DNA of 64,000 bases from NCBI GenBank assembly GCA_023248595.1, contig JAHFEG010000010.1, forward strand, positions 1,092-65,091. The letters run 5' to 3'. A program made the translations under genes and the position numbers. The DNA is from Myxococcales bacterium (GTDB taxonomy: Bacteria > Myxococcota > UBA727 > JABDBI01). Under the pieces are notes generated by a model. The model worked only from the letters and a program-made list of their open reading frames with translations. It was not told where the DNA came from and did not search any database. Of the stretch, positions 21,374 to 31,692 are shown in pieces (position 1 is the stretch's first letter; each line of letters opens with the position of its first letter).

Positions 21374-21970
21374 ATGGTACAAGAAGGAGTAAGAGAAAAT
21401 AGACCAGTTGCATTGCCGGATAAGAAATATTTTAAGATTGGCGAGACATCTACATTGCTTGGAGTGAAGCCGCACGTGCTTCGCTATTGGGAAACAGAAT
21501 TTCCTCAGATCAGACCTTATAAATCAAAAACAGGTCAACGCTTATATCGTAGGTGTGATGTAGAGGCATTACTTAAAATTCAAAAATTGCTTTATGAAGA
21601 ACGGTTTACCATTGCTGGTGCCAGACAAGCTTTGCGGCTTAATAATTGGGTAAGCATCCATGTTGATGATGAAGAAATTGATGATATTGAAATAGAAGAA
21701 AGTCAGATGGTTTCGAATATTGTGAGTGCTATGGTTGCAAGTAGTCCTCAGATTGAAAGCAGCCCTCAGGTTGAGTGCGCTGAAAGCATCAACATCGAGG
21801 AAATCAACGAGACACCTGTTTCGCAACCTAAACCTTTAAGCGAAAACAATCCGACATCCGGCATTTCCGATGAAAGAGAATTAGATCCAGACATCAGCCG
21901 ATTGCTCAGCATGCCTTTGCTGTCAGCACAGAAAAGACTTCAAGAAATATTGAAACTGATTGATGGGTAG
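21374..21970 (+). CDS. MerR-family transcriptional regulator
   Basis: 198 aa. N-terminal MerR HTH ([25 protein letters not shown]). This is the position conserved after ihfA in proteobacteria. Confidence 0.7.
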   Translation: MVQEGVRENRPVALPDKKYFKIGETSTLLGVKPHVLRYWETEFPQIRPYKSKTGQRLYRRCDVEALLKIQKLLYEERFTIAGARQALRLNNWVSIHVDDEEIDDIEIEESQMVSNIVSAMVASSPQIESSPQVECAESINIEEINETPVSQPKPLSENNPTSGISDERELDPDISRLLSMPLLSAQKRLQEILKLIDG

Positions 21971-21992
21971 TGGCCATTGTGCTGAAAGTTGT

Positions 21993-22017
21993 CATGGTCG
22001 GGCTTGGTCCGACCATC
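21993..22017. repeat. short palindromic hairpin repeat (TGTCATGGTCGG...CCGACCAT), copy 1
   Basis: Perfect 8-bp stem atggtcgg/ccgaccat. The same element in opposite orientation is at 40438-40464. Confidence 0.7.
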
Positions 22018-22039
22018 TAGTGTACAACAAATCTTGTGT

Positions 22040-22105
22040 TCTAGATTCCGGAACGAGTCCGGAATGACAAATCCTTGATTGTCATGCCAGCAGGATGAAT
22101 CGCTT
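22040..22105. repeat. REP/MITE-like composite palindromic repeat, copy A
   Basis: gattccggaacgagtccggaatgacaa + ttgtcatgccagcagg. Matches copies at 36144-36208 and 39926-39999 (reverse orientation). Confidence 0.7.
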
Positions 22106-22236
22106 AAGTGAATGCTGCCCCTACTTTGATAACCTGGGGTCTTAGCGCCCCCTGGCCAATGACGACTTTAACGCTTCATAGGAGCAGTCCTATAAGCGCA
22201 AAGCGCGGGAAACTATATCAATTTTATATCAGACTC

Positions 22237-24291
22237 TTATTGAGAAGATTGTTCGTTCTGCTGGGGAACGCAGGTCAGGCTGATTGCCAAATTGCGGGCA
22301 TGCTCAATGAGATCTGCATGTTTGCTTAAATCGCAAAAACGGAAGAGGGGCAGCCCAGACTGGCGTGTTCCCAAAAAATCTCCTGGGCCTCTGATATTTA
22401 AATCTTCGCTGGCAATGAGAAATCCATCTGACGTTTTTTCCATCAAGCTTAACCTGCGATAAGCATCGTCACCAGGTTGAAGCTTTTCAGTGATTAAAAA
22501 ACAGCTGCTTTTTTTCTCGCCGCGGCCCACCCGTCCTCTTAGTTGGTGTAGTTGTGACAAACCAAATCGTTCGGCATGCACGATGATCATATTGGTGGCA
22601 TTGGGAACATCGACACCGACTTCAATAACCGTGGTTGAAATAAGTAATTTCACTTCTGCTTGCACGAAGCGTTGCATGATTTCTTCTTTTTCTTTTGCTT
22701 TCATACGTCCATGAATCAGTGCGACTGTGACGGGGCCAAACAGGTTGGCCAGCATGTCAAAAGCGCGTTTGGCATCTTGCAAATCTAATTTTTCAGACTC
22801 TTCAACCAACGGGTAGACGATGTAACCCTGTTCGTCTTTATCGAGAATTTTTTTTGCTAACATTTGTATAATGTGATTGGGATCGCCAGGTAAAATCCGC
22901 GTGACGATGGGGGTTCGGCCAGGTGGCAATTCATCTAAAATGGAAATGGCAAAATCACCATATAAAGTAAGCGCTAAACTACGTGGAATAGGGGTGGCGG
23001 TCATGGCCAAAATATGGGGAACTAAATTGTCTTTTTTGCCTTTATTCAAAAGTGCAGTGCGTTGCTCGACACCAAAGCGATGTTGCTCATCGATGATAAT
23101 CAAACTTAAATTTTTAAAACAAACGTCTTCAGTGATGAGAGCATGGGTACCCACGGCGACCAGGGTCGGGCACTTTGTTAAATCATTGAGAATCGATTCT
23201 CTTTCTTTTTTATGAGTACTGCCTGTTAGAAGAACAACTTTTATACCGTGAGGCTCCAATATTTTCTTCAAAGTTTGATAATGCTGTTTGGCCAAAATTT
23301 CTGTGGGAACCATGATGGCCGATTGCAGTTTATTTTTTGCCGCGAGAAATAAACCGCAAGCAGCGATCGCCGTTTTGCCAGCACCGACGTCACCTTGAAG
23401 TAGACGCATCATAGGATAAGAGCGTGATAAAGCCTCGCTAATTTCTACGAGTACCCGTGCCTGAGCTGTGGTGGGGGCAAAGGGCAGGAGTGTCTTAAAA
23501 AGGTTTTGTATGTTTTCACTCTCAATAACTTGTGAAGAGTGCCGCGACATTTGCAAACGTCGTCTTTGTATGACTAATTGTAACGAAAGCATTTCATCAA
23601 AAGCCATGCGTCTGAACGCCGGATGACTTTGATCAATGAGTGCGTCAATTTCGCTTTTAATCAAGCCGCTGGGATGATGAATCGCTTGATAAGCTTGCGC
23701 AAGAGGCCAAATTCTTGCCCCTTCTAGTGTTTGTGCTGGCACCATCTCTAAAACAGGGCTGGCATTCATGTGTTGTAAAGCTGCTTGAATGAATTTACTA
23801 AGCTCCGCCGGATAAATGCCTTTCACCTCCGGATAGACTGGCCAAAGACCTTCCAAGGTAGCAGCAACGTCGCCATTATATGTGCGAGGATGGGGCATTT
23901 GCAGAAGCTGCCCATAGGCTGTCGCGGTGCCCAGAATAGTGATCAGATTATTGGGCGAAAACCGCTGTTCGAGGTTGATGGTTTGGGTATTAAAAAAAAC
24001 CAATTTGAGATGACCGCTGTCGTCTTTTACGAGGACTTCAAGACGTCTGAATCGTCCGTAACCTATGAATTGCGCGCGTAAAACATGCGCAAGCACAATT
24101 CCGGGTGAACCTATTTCAAGTTCTTTGATTTTTTTTCGCTGTCGGTCTTGATAGGTTCTGGGTAAAATATTGAGAAAATCCCTAACCAAACGGATGCCAG
24201 TTTTAGCCAAAACCTCTGCTTTTTTAGGACCAATGCCTGAAAGCACGGTGACAGGATCAGCTAAAGGATGGGATTTGGGTGTGAGAGACAT
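22237..24291 (-). CDS. recG: ATP-dependent DNA helicase RecG
   Basis: 684 aa. Wedge domain, helicase motifs (GDVGAGKT, DEQHRFGV, TATPIPR, QLHQLRGRVGRG). Confidence 0.92.
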   Translation of the reverse strand: MSLTPKSHPLADPVTVLSGIGPKKAEVLAKTGIRLVRDFLNILPRTYQDRQRKKIKELEIGSPGIVLAHVLRAQFIGYGRFRRLEVLVKDDSGHLKLVFFNTQTINLEQRFSPNNLITILGTATAYGQLLQMPHPRTYNGDVAATLEGLWPVYPEVKGIYPAELSKFIQAALQHMNASPVLEMVPAQTLEGARIWPLAQAYQAIHHPSGLIKSEIDALIDQSHPAFRRMAFDEMLSLQLVIQRRRLQMSRHSSQVIESENIQNLFKTLLPFAPTTAQARVLVEISEALSRSYPMMRLLQGDVGAGKTAIAACGLFLAAKNKLQSAIMVPTEILAKQHYQTLKKILEPHGIKVVLLTGSTHKKERESILNDLTKCPTLVAVGTHALITEDVCFKNLSLIIIDEQHRFGVEQRTALLNKGKKDNLVPHILAMTATPIPRSLALTLYGDFAISILDELPPGRTPIVTRILPGDPNHIIQMLAKKILDKDEQGYIVYPLVEESEKLDLQDAKRAFDMLANLFGPVTVALIHGRMKAKEKEEIMQRFVQAEVKLLISTTVIEVGVDVPNATNMIIVHAERFGLSQLHQLRGRVGRGEKKSSCFLITEKLQPGDDAYRRLSLMEKTSDGFLIASEDLNIRGPGDFLGTRQSGLPLFRFCDLSKHADLIEHARNLAISLTCVPQQNEQSSQ

Positions 24292-24302
24292 GCCTGCCCA
24301 TA

Positions 24303-24947
24303 TTAAGGGCTAGGATTCACAATTGGAATCATTTTTTTAACGAGAATATGCCCATCTGCAGCAACAGTGATCATTTCTTTAACAGATTGATATCCTACTT
24401 GCTCAAAAAGGATTTGGTGTGTCCCTTTCTTGATACGCACCATCACAGGTGTCATCCCTATTTTTTTACCGTCGAGCACTGCTTCTGCTCCCGGTGGGAC
24501 AGAATGCAAATGGACTTCCACGAGATTGCTTTTGTAAAACCAAAAATAAAAACCAATACTGCTGCCGGCAACTAGGAGAAAAGCAAGCGCTGCAAATAGC
24601 CATGTGCTTTTTAACCTGTTTTTTGGCAAAGTTTCTACGTTTTCTGGGGGCCCGGCTGCTTCTTTTGGGGCGGATACTGCTTCGGCAATCTGCGTTGTTG
24701 GAGTGCTGACAGATTCCTGAATTGGTTCCTGGGTAACCGAAGGTGTCGCAGCTTGTTTTTCTTGCTCATTTTTAACTTCTTCTATATCAAAATCAGAAGT
24801 CACTGCATCAGACGGAGCGGCCATTATTTCTGGCAAAGCAGGATTTTCCGGGACGGACTGAACAGCCTCTAAAGCAGCGCCATCCTTAGCGCATTTTTCA
24901 ATAGTATTATCCTCATAAGAAGTCTTACAAATGGGACAAGTTTTCAT
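24303..24947 (-). CDS. zinc-ribbon / TM / PEGA-domain protein
   Basis: 214 aa. N-terminal 'CPICKTSY...C', one TM, C-terminal PEGA-like 'VPPGAEAVLDGKKIGMTP'. Confidence 0.5.
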   Translation of the reverse strand: MKTCPICKTSYEDNTIEKCAKDGAALEAVQSVPENPALPEIMAAPSDAVTSDFDIEEVKNEQEKQAATPSVTQEPIQESVSTPTTQIAEAVSAPKEAAGPPENVETLPKNRLKSTWLFAALAFLLVAGSSIGFYFWFYKSNLVEVHLHSVPPGAEAVLDGKKIGMTPVMVRIKKGTHQILFEQVGYQSVKEMITVAADGHILVKKMIPIVNPSP

Positions 24948-25014
24948 GCTACACTCGAGTCACATAGATTTTATTTAGTATAGCAAAGACTTTTGATAAA
25001 ATGAAAATAGTTCC

Positions 25015-25500
25015 CTAAATTTCGACGATTATGAAATCAATATGCATAATTTCGCATTCGCGAATACCTTTTGGGGTTCTGATTTCCAATTGATCGCCTA
25101 CACTTTTACCAACCATGGCGCGGGCCAAAGGAGAGGCAATACTTACTTTATTGTTTTTTAAGTCAGCCTCATCTTCACCAACAATAGTCCAAGTTTGTTC
25201 AACATCAGTATCAATTTCATAGATGGTGACAGTGGCACCGAAAACCACTTTGTCTGGCCTTCGTTGGGTTGTATCAATCACTTGGGCTCTGGCCAATTTG
25301 CCTTCAATATCTCGAATGCGGGCCTCGACAAATGCTTGCTTCTCCCTCGCTGCATCATATTCGGCATTTTCAGATAAGTCACCATGGCTACGTGCTTCAG
25401 CAATATCACGAATCACTGCCGGACGTATTTTTGTTTTTAAATGTTTCAATTCGTCATGCAAAGCTTTAAAGCCAGCAGGCGTCATGGGAAAATTGCCCAT
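25015..25500 (-). CDS. greA: transcription elongation factor GreA
   Basis: 161 aa. Collinear with E. coli GreA ([24 protein letters not shown]). Confidence 0.92.
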   Translation of the reverse strand: MGNFPMTPAGFKALHDELKHLKTKIRPAVIRDIAEARSHGDLSENAEYDAAREKQAFVEARIRDIEGKLARAQVIDTTQRRPDKVVFGATVTIYEIDTDVEQTWTIVGEDEADLKNNKVSIASPLARAMVGKSVGDQLEIRTPKGIRECEIMHIDFIIVEI

Positions 25501-25576
25501 GGATAAAATCCTTTTGTTCAGCTAAAAAGGTGAAGCTAACTAGAACATTCTTTTTGACAATGGGGACTAAAAAAAT

Positions 25577-26251
25577 ATGAGACATCCATTTTCCAGCCAT
25601 GCGTTATCGCGTGCACCGGTGGTCAAAGCGGTTTTGATTACTTTGGTCCTCATGTATGTTCTATTTGCATTGTCAGTTCAACTTGATCTTGGAGCAGATT
25701 TTTTCTATTTATGTGTGCTCAATCCCGTAGAAGTTTTTGAAAACGGATATTTTTGGCAGCTTTTAACATATGCTTTTTTGCATGATATTTCGAACCCCGT
25801 GCATCTTCTATTTAATGGCCTGATTTTCTTTTTGATAGGATCAGAGCTCGAAATACGTTGGGGAAACAAGCGGTTTATATTTTTTATAATAGCAGCGATT
25901 TTAGGTGGTTCCTTGTTTGTGTGTTTGAGTTTTTTGATTGGCTTATCAGATCAACCGGTGACTGGTTTTTCAGCTGTTTGCTTAGGATTAATAGTGGCTT
26001 GGGGAATCACTTACCAAGAGAGACTGATCTATGTCTTTGGCATGATACCAATATCAGGCCTGGCGCTTGTTTTTTGGACGCTGGGTTTTGAAGTCTTATA
26101 CGCACTTAGTATCTCGCATGTTTCTAGTGCACTGCATTTTGGTGGAATGGCAGTGGGCGCTATTTTGACATTGGGTTGGTGGCGGCCTAATCGCCTAAAA
26201 AAGTATATGCAGCAAATGCGGTTTACTTCCCATAGAGATCGCTGGAATTAA
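25577..26251 (+). CDS. rhomboid-family intramembrane serine protease
   Basis: 224 aa, polytopic. Catalytic Ser in 'GFSAVCLG', His in 'ALHFGGMAVGA'. Confidence 0.65.
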   Translation: MRHPFSSHALSRAPVVKAVLITLVLMYVLFALSVQLDLGADFFYLCVLNPVEVFENGYFWQLLTYAFLHDISNPVHLLFNGLIFFLIGSELEIRWGNKRFIFFIIAAILGGSLFVCLSFLIGLSDQPVTGFSAVCLGLIVAWGITYQERLIYVFGMIPISGLALVFWTLGFEVLYALSISHVSSALHFGGMAVGAILTLGWWRPNRLKKYMQQMRFTSHRDRWN

Positions 26252-26274
26252 ATTTTTGTGTATGGAATTTCAAT

Positions 26275-26832
26275 ATGAATCTTTTGTTAGCTTCCAGCTC
26301 CCCCCGTCGAAAAATGTTATTAGAAGGTTTGGGCTTTGATTTAAAAATTGTTGCTCCTAAAATTGATGAAGCGCCTTTGCCCAATGAAAATCCACATGAT
26401 TTAGTCTTAAGATTAGCAAAGCAAAAAGCAGAAGCAGTGTCGGGTAATTACGATTTAATTGTTTTGGCAGCAGATACTGTTGTGGTTTGTGCAGGTCAAC
26501 TTTTAGGAAAACCAAAAGACAAATCTGAGGCAAAGCTTTTTTTGCAAAAACTTTCCAATACCTGCCACAAAGTATTGACGGGCTATGCGCTTCTAAAAGG
26601 ACATCAGCATATAAGCCATGTCGTCACCACGCAAGTTTGGTTTAGAAATCTCAAGGAAATCGAAATCGAGGCATATATAGCAACCAAAGAGCCTTATGAT
26701 AAGGCCGGAGGCTACGCGATTCAGGGCGCTGCTGCGGCTTTTATTGACCGCATTGATGGAAGTTTCACAAATGTGATCGGTTTGCCCATCAAAGAAGTAT
26801 TAGAATCTTTGCAGCAGATATCGCATGGGTGA
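26275..26832 (+). CDS. maf: Maf-like nucleoside triphosphate pyrophosphatase
   Basis: 185 aa. 'LLASSSPRRKMLLEGLG' N-terminus. Confidence 0.85.
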   Translation: MNLLLASSSPRRKMLLEGLGFDLKIVAPKIDEAPLPNENPHDLVLRLAKQKAEAVSGNYDLIVLAADTVVVCAGQLLGKPKDKSEAKLFLQKLSNTCHKVLTGYALLKGHQHISHVVTTQVWFRNLKEIEIEAYIATKEPYDKAGGYAIQGAAAAFIDRIDGSFTNVIGLPIKEVLESLQQISHG

Positions 26833-27520
26833 TGTGTTGAAGTCTCGTTATGAAATTTTAAAAAAACGCATCAAAGTTGCTTGTCAAAAAGCCCATCGCC
26901 ATGAAAGCGAAGTTCACTTACTCGCTGTTTCAAAAGGGCAATCAGTAGAGGCAATTGTTGAATTTTATCGCTTGGGGCACCGTGATTTTGGTGAAAACTA
27001 CGTTGATGAGCTGCTATCCAAAAAAAAAGGACTGCAAGAAGAGTGTCCTGATATTGTCTGGCATTTTATTGGACAGATTCAGACGAATAAAGCTAAAAAA
27101 ATTGCCACTGCTGATTTTGTTCATAGCGTGAGCAGCGATAAGCAAGCATTGGCGCTTTCCAAATACTGTTCCCAGGAAAATCCTTTAGCTGTTCTCTTGC
27201 AAGTTTCTTTTCGTGAAGATATTCATCGAGGCGGCGTGTCGCCTTCTTCACTAAGGCAACTTTGTCATCAAATAAAAGCAATCAAAGAACTTGAGTTGAG
27301 AGGATTAATGCTGATTTTACCATTGGAGATGGAAAAAAATCCTGCACAGGGGTTCCAATGTCTCGCTGAAATTAAAAGAACAATTGAAGAACAAGATCAA
27401 TTACTGTTGCCAGAATTATCAATGGGCATGAGTAATGATTTTGAAGAAGCGATTGCTTATGGAGCCACGTGGGTGCGCATTGGCAGTGCCTTGTTTGGAA
27501 CAAGGAATAAAATAAAGTAG
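26825..27520 (+). CDS. yggS: PLP-homeostasis protein YggS family
   Basis: 231 aa. 'LLAVSKGQ' PLP lysine motif. Overlaps maf by 8 nt. Confidence 0.8.
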   Translation: MGDVLKSRYEILKKRIKVACQKAHRHESEVHLLAVSKGQSVEAIVEFYRLGHRDFGENYVDELLSKKKGLQEECPDIVWHFIGQIQTNKAKKIATADFVHSVSSDKQALALSKYCSQENPLAVLLQVSFREDIHRGGVSPSSLRQLCHQIKAIKELELRGLMLILPLEMEKNPAQGFQCLAEIKRTIEEQDQLLLPELSMGMSNDFEEAIAYGATWVRIGSALFGTRNKIK

Positions 27521-27539
27521 GTGATGGCTTAAAGCTATC

Positions 27540-28661
27540 ATGCTCAAACGACCATTTTTTTATTTTATCCATTCTGTCTGTTTTTTTTGTTCTGTTTCAC
27601 TGATGAGCGAGACTAAGATAAATGACGTGCAGATATTGGCGACTCATAATAGTTTCAAACAATATCTCGACCCCAATTTAAGTGGCATCATCGAAACCGT
27701 CTGTAGTCTATCAGATATCTCTTTAGAGGAGTATCAGCACCTTCCTTTAAAAGATCAGCTAGATAAAGGTGTAAGGGGTTTTGAACTCGATGTGTTTGCA
27801 GATCCCGAAGGTGGCAGATACCGGGAGTTTCGGTTTTTATCACTGATTGGCGAAGATGGCCAATCGCATGATCCTGACCTCGATAAGCCTGGTTTTAAAG
27901 TGATGCATGACGTTAATTTTGATTTTCACGCGACGTGTCATCTTTTTACCGGATGTCTTTCAGAAATTAAAGAGTGGTCGAATGCTCACCCTAACCATTT
28001 GCCTATTTTTATTCATGTACAAGTAAGAGACGAACCGACGCCAATCATTGGTAAGTATTTAAGTGTCATTGGCCTTGTTCAACCGATTATCATCACCAAG
28101 AAATTGCTAGACGCGCTTGACAAGGAAATCAGAGCCACGATCCCTGCTCAGCAATTAATTACGCCTGATCAAGTGCGTGGAAATTATATGACGTTGCGTG
28201 AGGCTGCTTTAGCAAATTCTTGGCCTAATTTGGCTGATGCTCGTGGTAAATTTATTTTTTATATGGATGTCAGACCAGGTGTTCGCGATTTATATTTAGA
28301 AGATCACCCTCAACTTGAGGGGAGGGCCATTTTTACGGCGCCTGCAGATTCGAGTGCAGACGATGCTGCTTTCATAATTTTGAATAGCCCCGTTGAGGAT
28401 GGCGGAAAGATTAAAGAGCTCGTCTTGAAAGGCTTTATTGTGCGAACAAGAGCAGATTCAGGAACAGTTGAGGCCTACAATAACGATAGAAGAACCTGGG
28501 AAGCTGCACTCTTAAGTGGAGCACAAATTATCAGCACGGACTATATTGTGCCAGATCCAAAAACAGGAACCGATTACTATGTTTTCATGCCAAACGGTAA
28601 TCCAGGTCGATGTAATCCCATCCGCGAGTCATTTTGTGATGCAGACACGATTGCTGAATAA
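27540..28661 (+). CDS. secreted PI-PLC-like phosphodiesterase (X-domain type)
   Basis: 373 aa. Signal peptide, catalytic motifs 'ATHNSF' and 'RGFELDV', second His 'VMHDVNFD'. Confidence 0.55.
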   Translation: MLKRPFFYFIHSVCFFCSVSLMSETKINDVQILATHNSFKQYLDPNLSGIIETVCSLSDISLEEYQHLPLKDQLDKGVRGFELDVFADPEGGRYREFRFLSLIGEDGQSHDPDLDKPGFKVMHDVNFDFHATCHLFTGCLSEIKEWSNAHPNHLPIFIHVQVRDEPTPIIGKYLSVIGLVQPIIITKKLLDALDKEIRATIPAQQLITPDQVRGNYMTLREAALANSWPNLADARGKFIFYMDVRPGVRDLYLEDHPQLEGRAIFTAPADSSADDAAFIILNSPVEDGGKIKELVLKGFIVRTRADSGTVEAYNNDRRTWEAALLSGAQIISTDYIVPDPKTGTDYYVFMPNGNPGRCNPIRESFCDADTIAE

Positions 28662-28678
28662 TGCTTTATGAGGAGTGA

Positions 28679-29176
28679 TTGATGCGATATGTTTTTATGT
28701 TTAGTGCTGTTGGGCTACTTTCCCAGTCATTGTTTGCTTTAAGTTCAAACAATACTTGTTTGCCTGTGCTTTCTGATGCTGTCGAGCAGATTGGAATATT
28801 AAATGAAAATATTAACGGTACGATTCATACAGTGGATGAAATCCAAGGCATTGTGAACAGAATCTTAGACAAGACCATACCAGAAATTTTAAAAAAATAT
28901 GATGAGACTGTTCCTAAAGTGACCGAACATATCGAATCTATTACCGCAGAAGTAAAAGCAATTCGCAAATTAGCAGACGAACGAACTTCTCCAGGCTTTA
29001 TAATTGGGACCGCAGTAGGAGCCGCTTTTGCCGCAGTTCTTTTTGGAACTGTGACATGGATGATGACAAACATGTCTGTAGGCTATGTCAAAAATAGATG
29101 GTTTCATCGACCGCCTTTGCTTCCCATTGTTGCTCCAGGTGATGGTTTGCCAAATTTGGTCACGACAAGTGTATAA
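28679..29176 (+). CDS. hypothetical exported/membrane protein
   Basis: 165 aa. Signal peptide, C-terminal TM (GTAVGAAFAAVLFGTVTWMM). Confidence 0.4.
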   Translation: MMRYVFMFSAVGLLSQSLFALSSNNTCLPVLSDAVEQIGILNENINGTIHTVDEIQGIVNRILDKTIPEILKKYDETVPKVTEHIESITAEVKAIRKLADERTSPGFIIGTAVGAAFAAVLFGTVTWMMTNMSVGYVKNRWFHRPPLLPIVAPGDGLPNLVTTSV

Positions 29177-29246
29177 GATTGACTTTTACCAACGTTTCAG
29201 GTGAATACTATCTGTGAAACGATAAAAGCATCGAGAGTAGTACAAC

Positions 29247-30083
29247 GTGAAAATAGCATTGATTGGATGTGGGGGACTTGGTACCTCGTTAGCCTTAGGG
29301 CTTTTGCGTTCTAAGGTTTCTGATTTAGAACTTCGGCTATGTGATCACAATCAATCGAAGATGGATTTAATTGTTAGCGAATTTCCTTCTTTAAAGATTG
29401 CGACATCGCTTTTTGTTAAAAACGTTGTGAAAGACGCTGAAATCATAATTGTTGTTGTAAAACCCGGTGACTTGGAGCGCACCTTGACCCAATTAAAAGA
29501 GGATCTGGCTCCACAAGCATTGCTCGTCTCGTGCGCAGCAGGTGTTCAAATAGATTTTATAGCAAAAGTCATTGGTAAAAAATGTGCAGTAGCACGGGCT
29601 ATGCCCAATACTGCTGTTGCCGTTGCCGGAGGAACCGTTGGTACTTTTTTAGGACCAAACTGTGATCAAAAGCGCGATGAAGAACGACTGAATTATGTTT
29701 TTGGGGTTTTAGGATCCGTACGTGCAGTCCATGCCGAAGAATTATTACATGCTGTGACGGCTTTGTCTGGTTGTGGTCCGGCATTTGCGTTGCTTTTTTT
29801 AGAAGCATTAATCGATGCAGGAGTGCGGGCAGGTCTATCTCGTAGCGAGGCAGATTTTTTTGCCAAAGGCGCGTTACGCTCTGCGACGGTTTTGGTTGAC
29901 CACGTCGCATTGCCACCGAGCGATTTGCGTGCACAAATTACTTCTCCTGGCGGGGTTACGGCAGAAGGTCTTTATCAATTGGAACGCATGGCTTTTCGCT
30001 ATGCCATCATGGAAGCAGTTGATGCTTCTAAAAAGAAATCAGAACAAATTAATTATTTGGAACAAGCAACAATCGTGAAGTGA
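29247..30083 (+). CDS. proC: pyrroline-5-carboxylate reductase
   Basis: 278 aa. NADP Rossmann N-terminus, 'SPGGVTAEGL' signature. Confidence 0.8.
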   Translation: MKIALIGCGGLGTSLALGLLRSKVSDLELRLCDHNQSKMDLIVSEFPSLKIATSLFVKNVVKDAEIIIVVVKPGDLERTLTQLKEDLAPQALLVSCAAGVQIDFIAKVIGKKCAVARAMPNTAVAVAGGTVGTFLGPNCDQKRDEERLNYVFGVLGSVRAVHAEELLHAVTALSGCGPAFALLFLEALIDAGVRAGLSRSEADFFAKGALRSATVLVDHVALPPSDLRAQITSPGGVTAEGLYQLERMAFRYAIMEAVDASKKKSEQINYLEQATIVK

Positions 30084-30953
30084 GTGGTGCTTTCTATGAT
30101 AAAAATATTCGTGAACGATATTTTTGGTTTGTTCCTTTTTTATGCATCGTTATTGCGGGCGAAAAAAAATAAAAGTCATTTGTTAACGAAAAAATGGCCA
30201 AGTCAAAAATGGATCTTGGGACATCGAGGTGCTAGGGCTAATGCACCAGAAAATACATTGTCTGCATTTAAAAAAGCGATGGAGTATGGCGCAGATGGTG
30301 TCGAATTCGATGTTTTTTTAAGCCAAGATGGGATCCCTGTGGTGATCCATGATGAGACAGTTGATCGAACCACTGATGGACATGGAGCTGTTTGGGATTT
30401 GTCTGCAAAAGAACTTTCGCAATTAAATGCTGCCAAAAATTTCCCTGAATTTGCCAAGGAAGGTGTGCCGACACTCGTGCAAGTTTTAGAAGTCTTGCCA
30501 GATGGAGCAATTATTAATGTCGAATTAAAAGCAAGTGGCCACTTTACCAAACAAGTGTTTGTTGAAAAATTAATGCCTATTTTTAAAGAACACGAGAAAC
30601 GTCTCACTTTAATTGTTTCGAGTTTTGATGGTGAATTGCTTTATTTATTTCGTTGCTTGGCCCCGCAATATTTGCTGAGTTTGCTTTTGTCTCCAAGAGA
30701 TGAAAATTGGCCAAAATCATTTCGCTATATGGATGCGATTGGGCCTGATGCGTTGCATCTGCCTGCACAATTAGCAGGGCCACTGGTTAGAAGTCTGGCC
30801 AGACGTGCTGATATCGCTATTGCGATTTGGACAGTGAACGATGTTGACCAAGCTAGAGCATGGTTTGATAAAGGGGCCATGGGAATTTTTACGGATACAG
30901 TTCCTGAGATGGTTGCAGCACAGCCGAAAAATCTTTTACAAAAAGAGGGATGA
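30084..30953 (+). CDS. glycerophosphodiester phosphodiesterase
   Basis: 289 aa. 'ILGHRGARANAPENTLSAF...GADGVEFDVFLSQDGIPVVIHDETVDRTT' GDPD catalytic region. Confidence 0.82.
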   Translation: MVLSMIKIFVNDIFGLFLFYASLLRAKKNKSHLLTKKWPSQKWILGHRGARANAPENTLSAFKKAMEYGADGVEFDVFLSQDGIPVVIHDETVDRTTDGHGAVWDLSAKELSQLNAAKNFPEFAKEGVPTLVQVLEVLPDGAIINVELKASGHFTKQVFVEKLMPIFKEHEKRLTLIVSSFDGELLYLFRCLAPQYLLSLLLSPRDENWPKSFRYMDAIGPDALHLPAQLAGPLVRSLARRADIAIAIWTVNDVDQARAWFDKGAMGIFTDTVPEMVAAQPKNLLQKEG

Positions 30954-30954
30954 C

Positions 30955-31689
30955 TCAAAAGAGGTCCCTTGAAGCCTCTTTGGTTTTGACGGAGTTGGCG
31001 ACTAATTGATTTAAAGTTTCTTTTTCGGTCGTTGTTAAATAACGCCATTTTCCAGGAGCAATGCCAGTCAAGGTGACGTTCATAATTCGTGTCCGTTTTA
31101 GACGCGTCACTTCATAACTTAAGGCTTCACACATTCTTCTAATTTGTCGATTGAGGCCTTGAACCAAGATAATTTTAAAATTACTTTTTCCAATTTTTTC
31201 GACAAAGCATTTGCGTGTCACAGTATCTAGGATGTGAACACCGCGACTCATTTTTTGAATAAAGCTATCGGTAATTGGTTTATTGACGGCAACAATGTAT
31301 TCTTTTTCATGCTGGTTCCCAGCCCTTAAAATTTTGTTGACGATGTCACCGTCATTGGTCAAAAAGATAAGTCCTTCGGAGTCTTTATCCAAACGCCCGA
31401 TGGGGAAAATGCGTTTGGGATAATTGATAAAATCAATAATATTATTTTTATCTTTTTGATCCGTGGTGCAGGTAATGCCAACAGGTTTATGAAAAGCGAG
31501 GTAAACTGGTTCTGCTTTGTTTTTTAAAGTTTGACCATTAATTTTAATGACATCGAGCGGAGTTACTTTTGTCCCGACCACTGCTTTTTGGCCATTGACG
31601 GTGACTCTTCCTTGCTCGATGAACAGGTCAGCCTCTCTTCTGGAGCAAATCCCCGTTTCGCTGATAAACTTGTTTAATCGTGTTTGCAT
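30955..31689 (-). CDS. rRNA pseudouridine synthase, RsuA/RluF family
   Basis: 244 aa. N-terminal S4 domain ([23 protein letters not shown]), catalytic '[12 protein letters not shown]'. Confidence 0.8.
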   Translation of the reverse strand: MQTRLNKFISETGICSRREADLFIEQGRVTVNGQKAVVGTKVTPLDVIKINGQTLKNKAEPVYLAFHKPVGITCTTDQKDKNNIIDFINYPKRIFPIGRLDKDSEGLIFLTNDGDIVNKILRAGNQHEKEYIVAVNKPITDSFIQKMSRGVHILDTVTRKCFVEKIGKSNFKIILVQGLNRQIRRMCEALSYEVTRLKRTRIMNVTLTGIAPGKWRYLTTTEKETLNQLVANSVKTKEASRDLF

Positions 31690-31692
31690 GTC

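Noticed and set aside
21990-22110. CRISPR array
   Set aside because: The repeats are palindromic, of different types, and not regularly spaced with unique spacers. No cas genes. They are REP/MITE-like elements.
22108-22329. 73-aa plus-strand ORF downstream of merR
   Set aside because: Overlaps the 3' end of recG and the repeat region. No Shine-Dalgarno. Likely non-coding.
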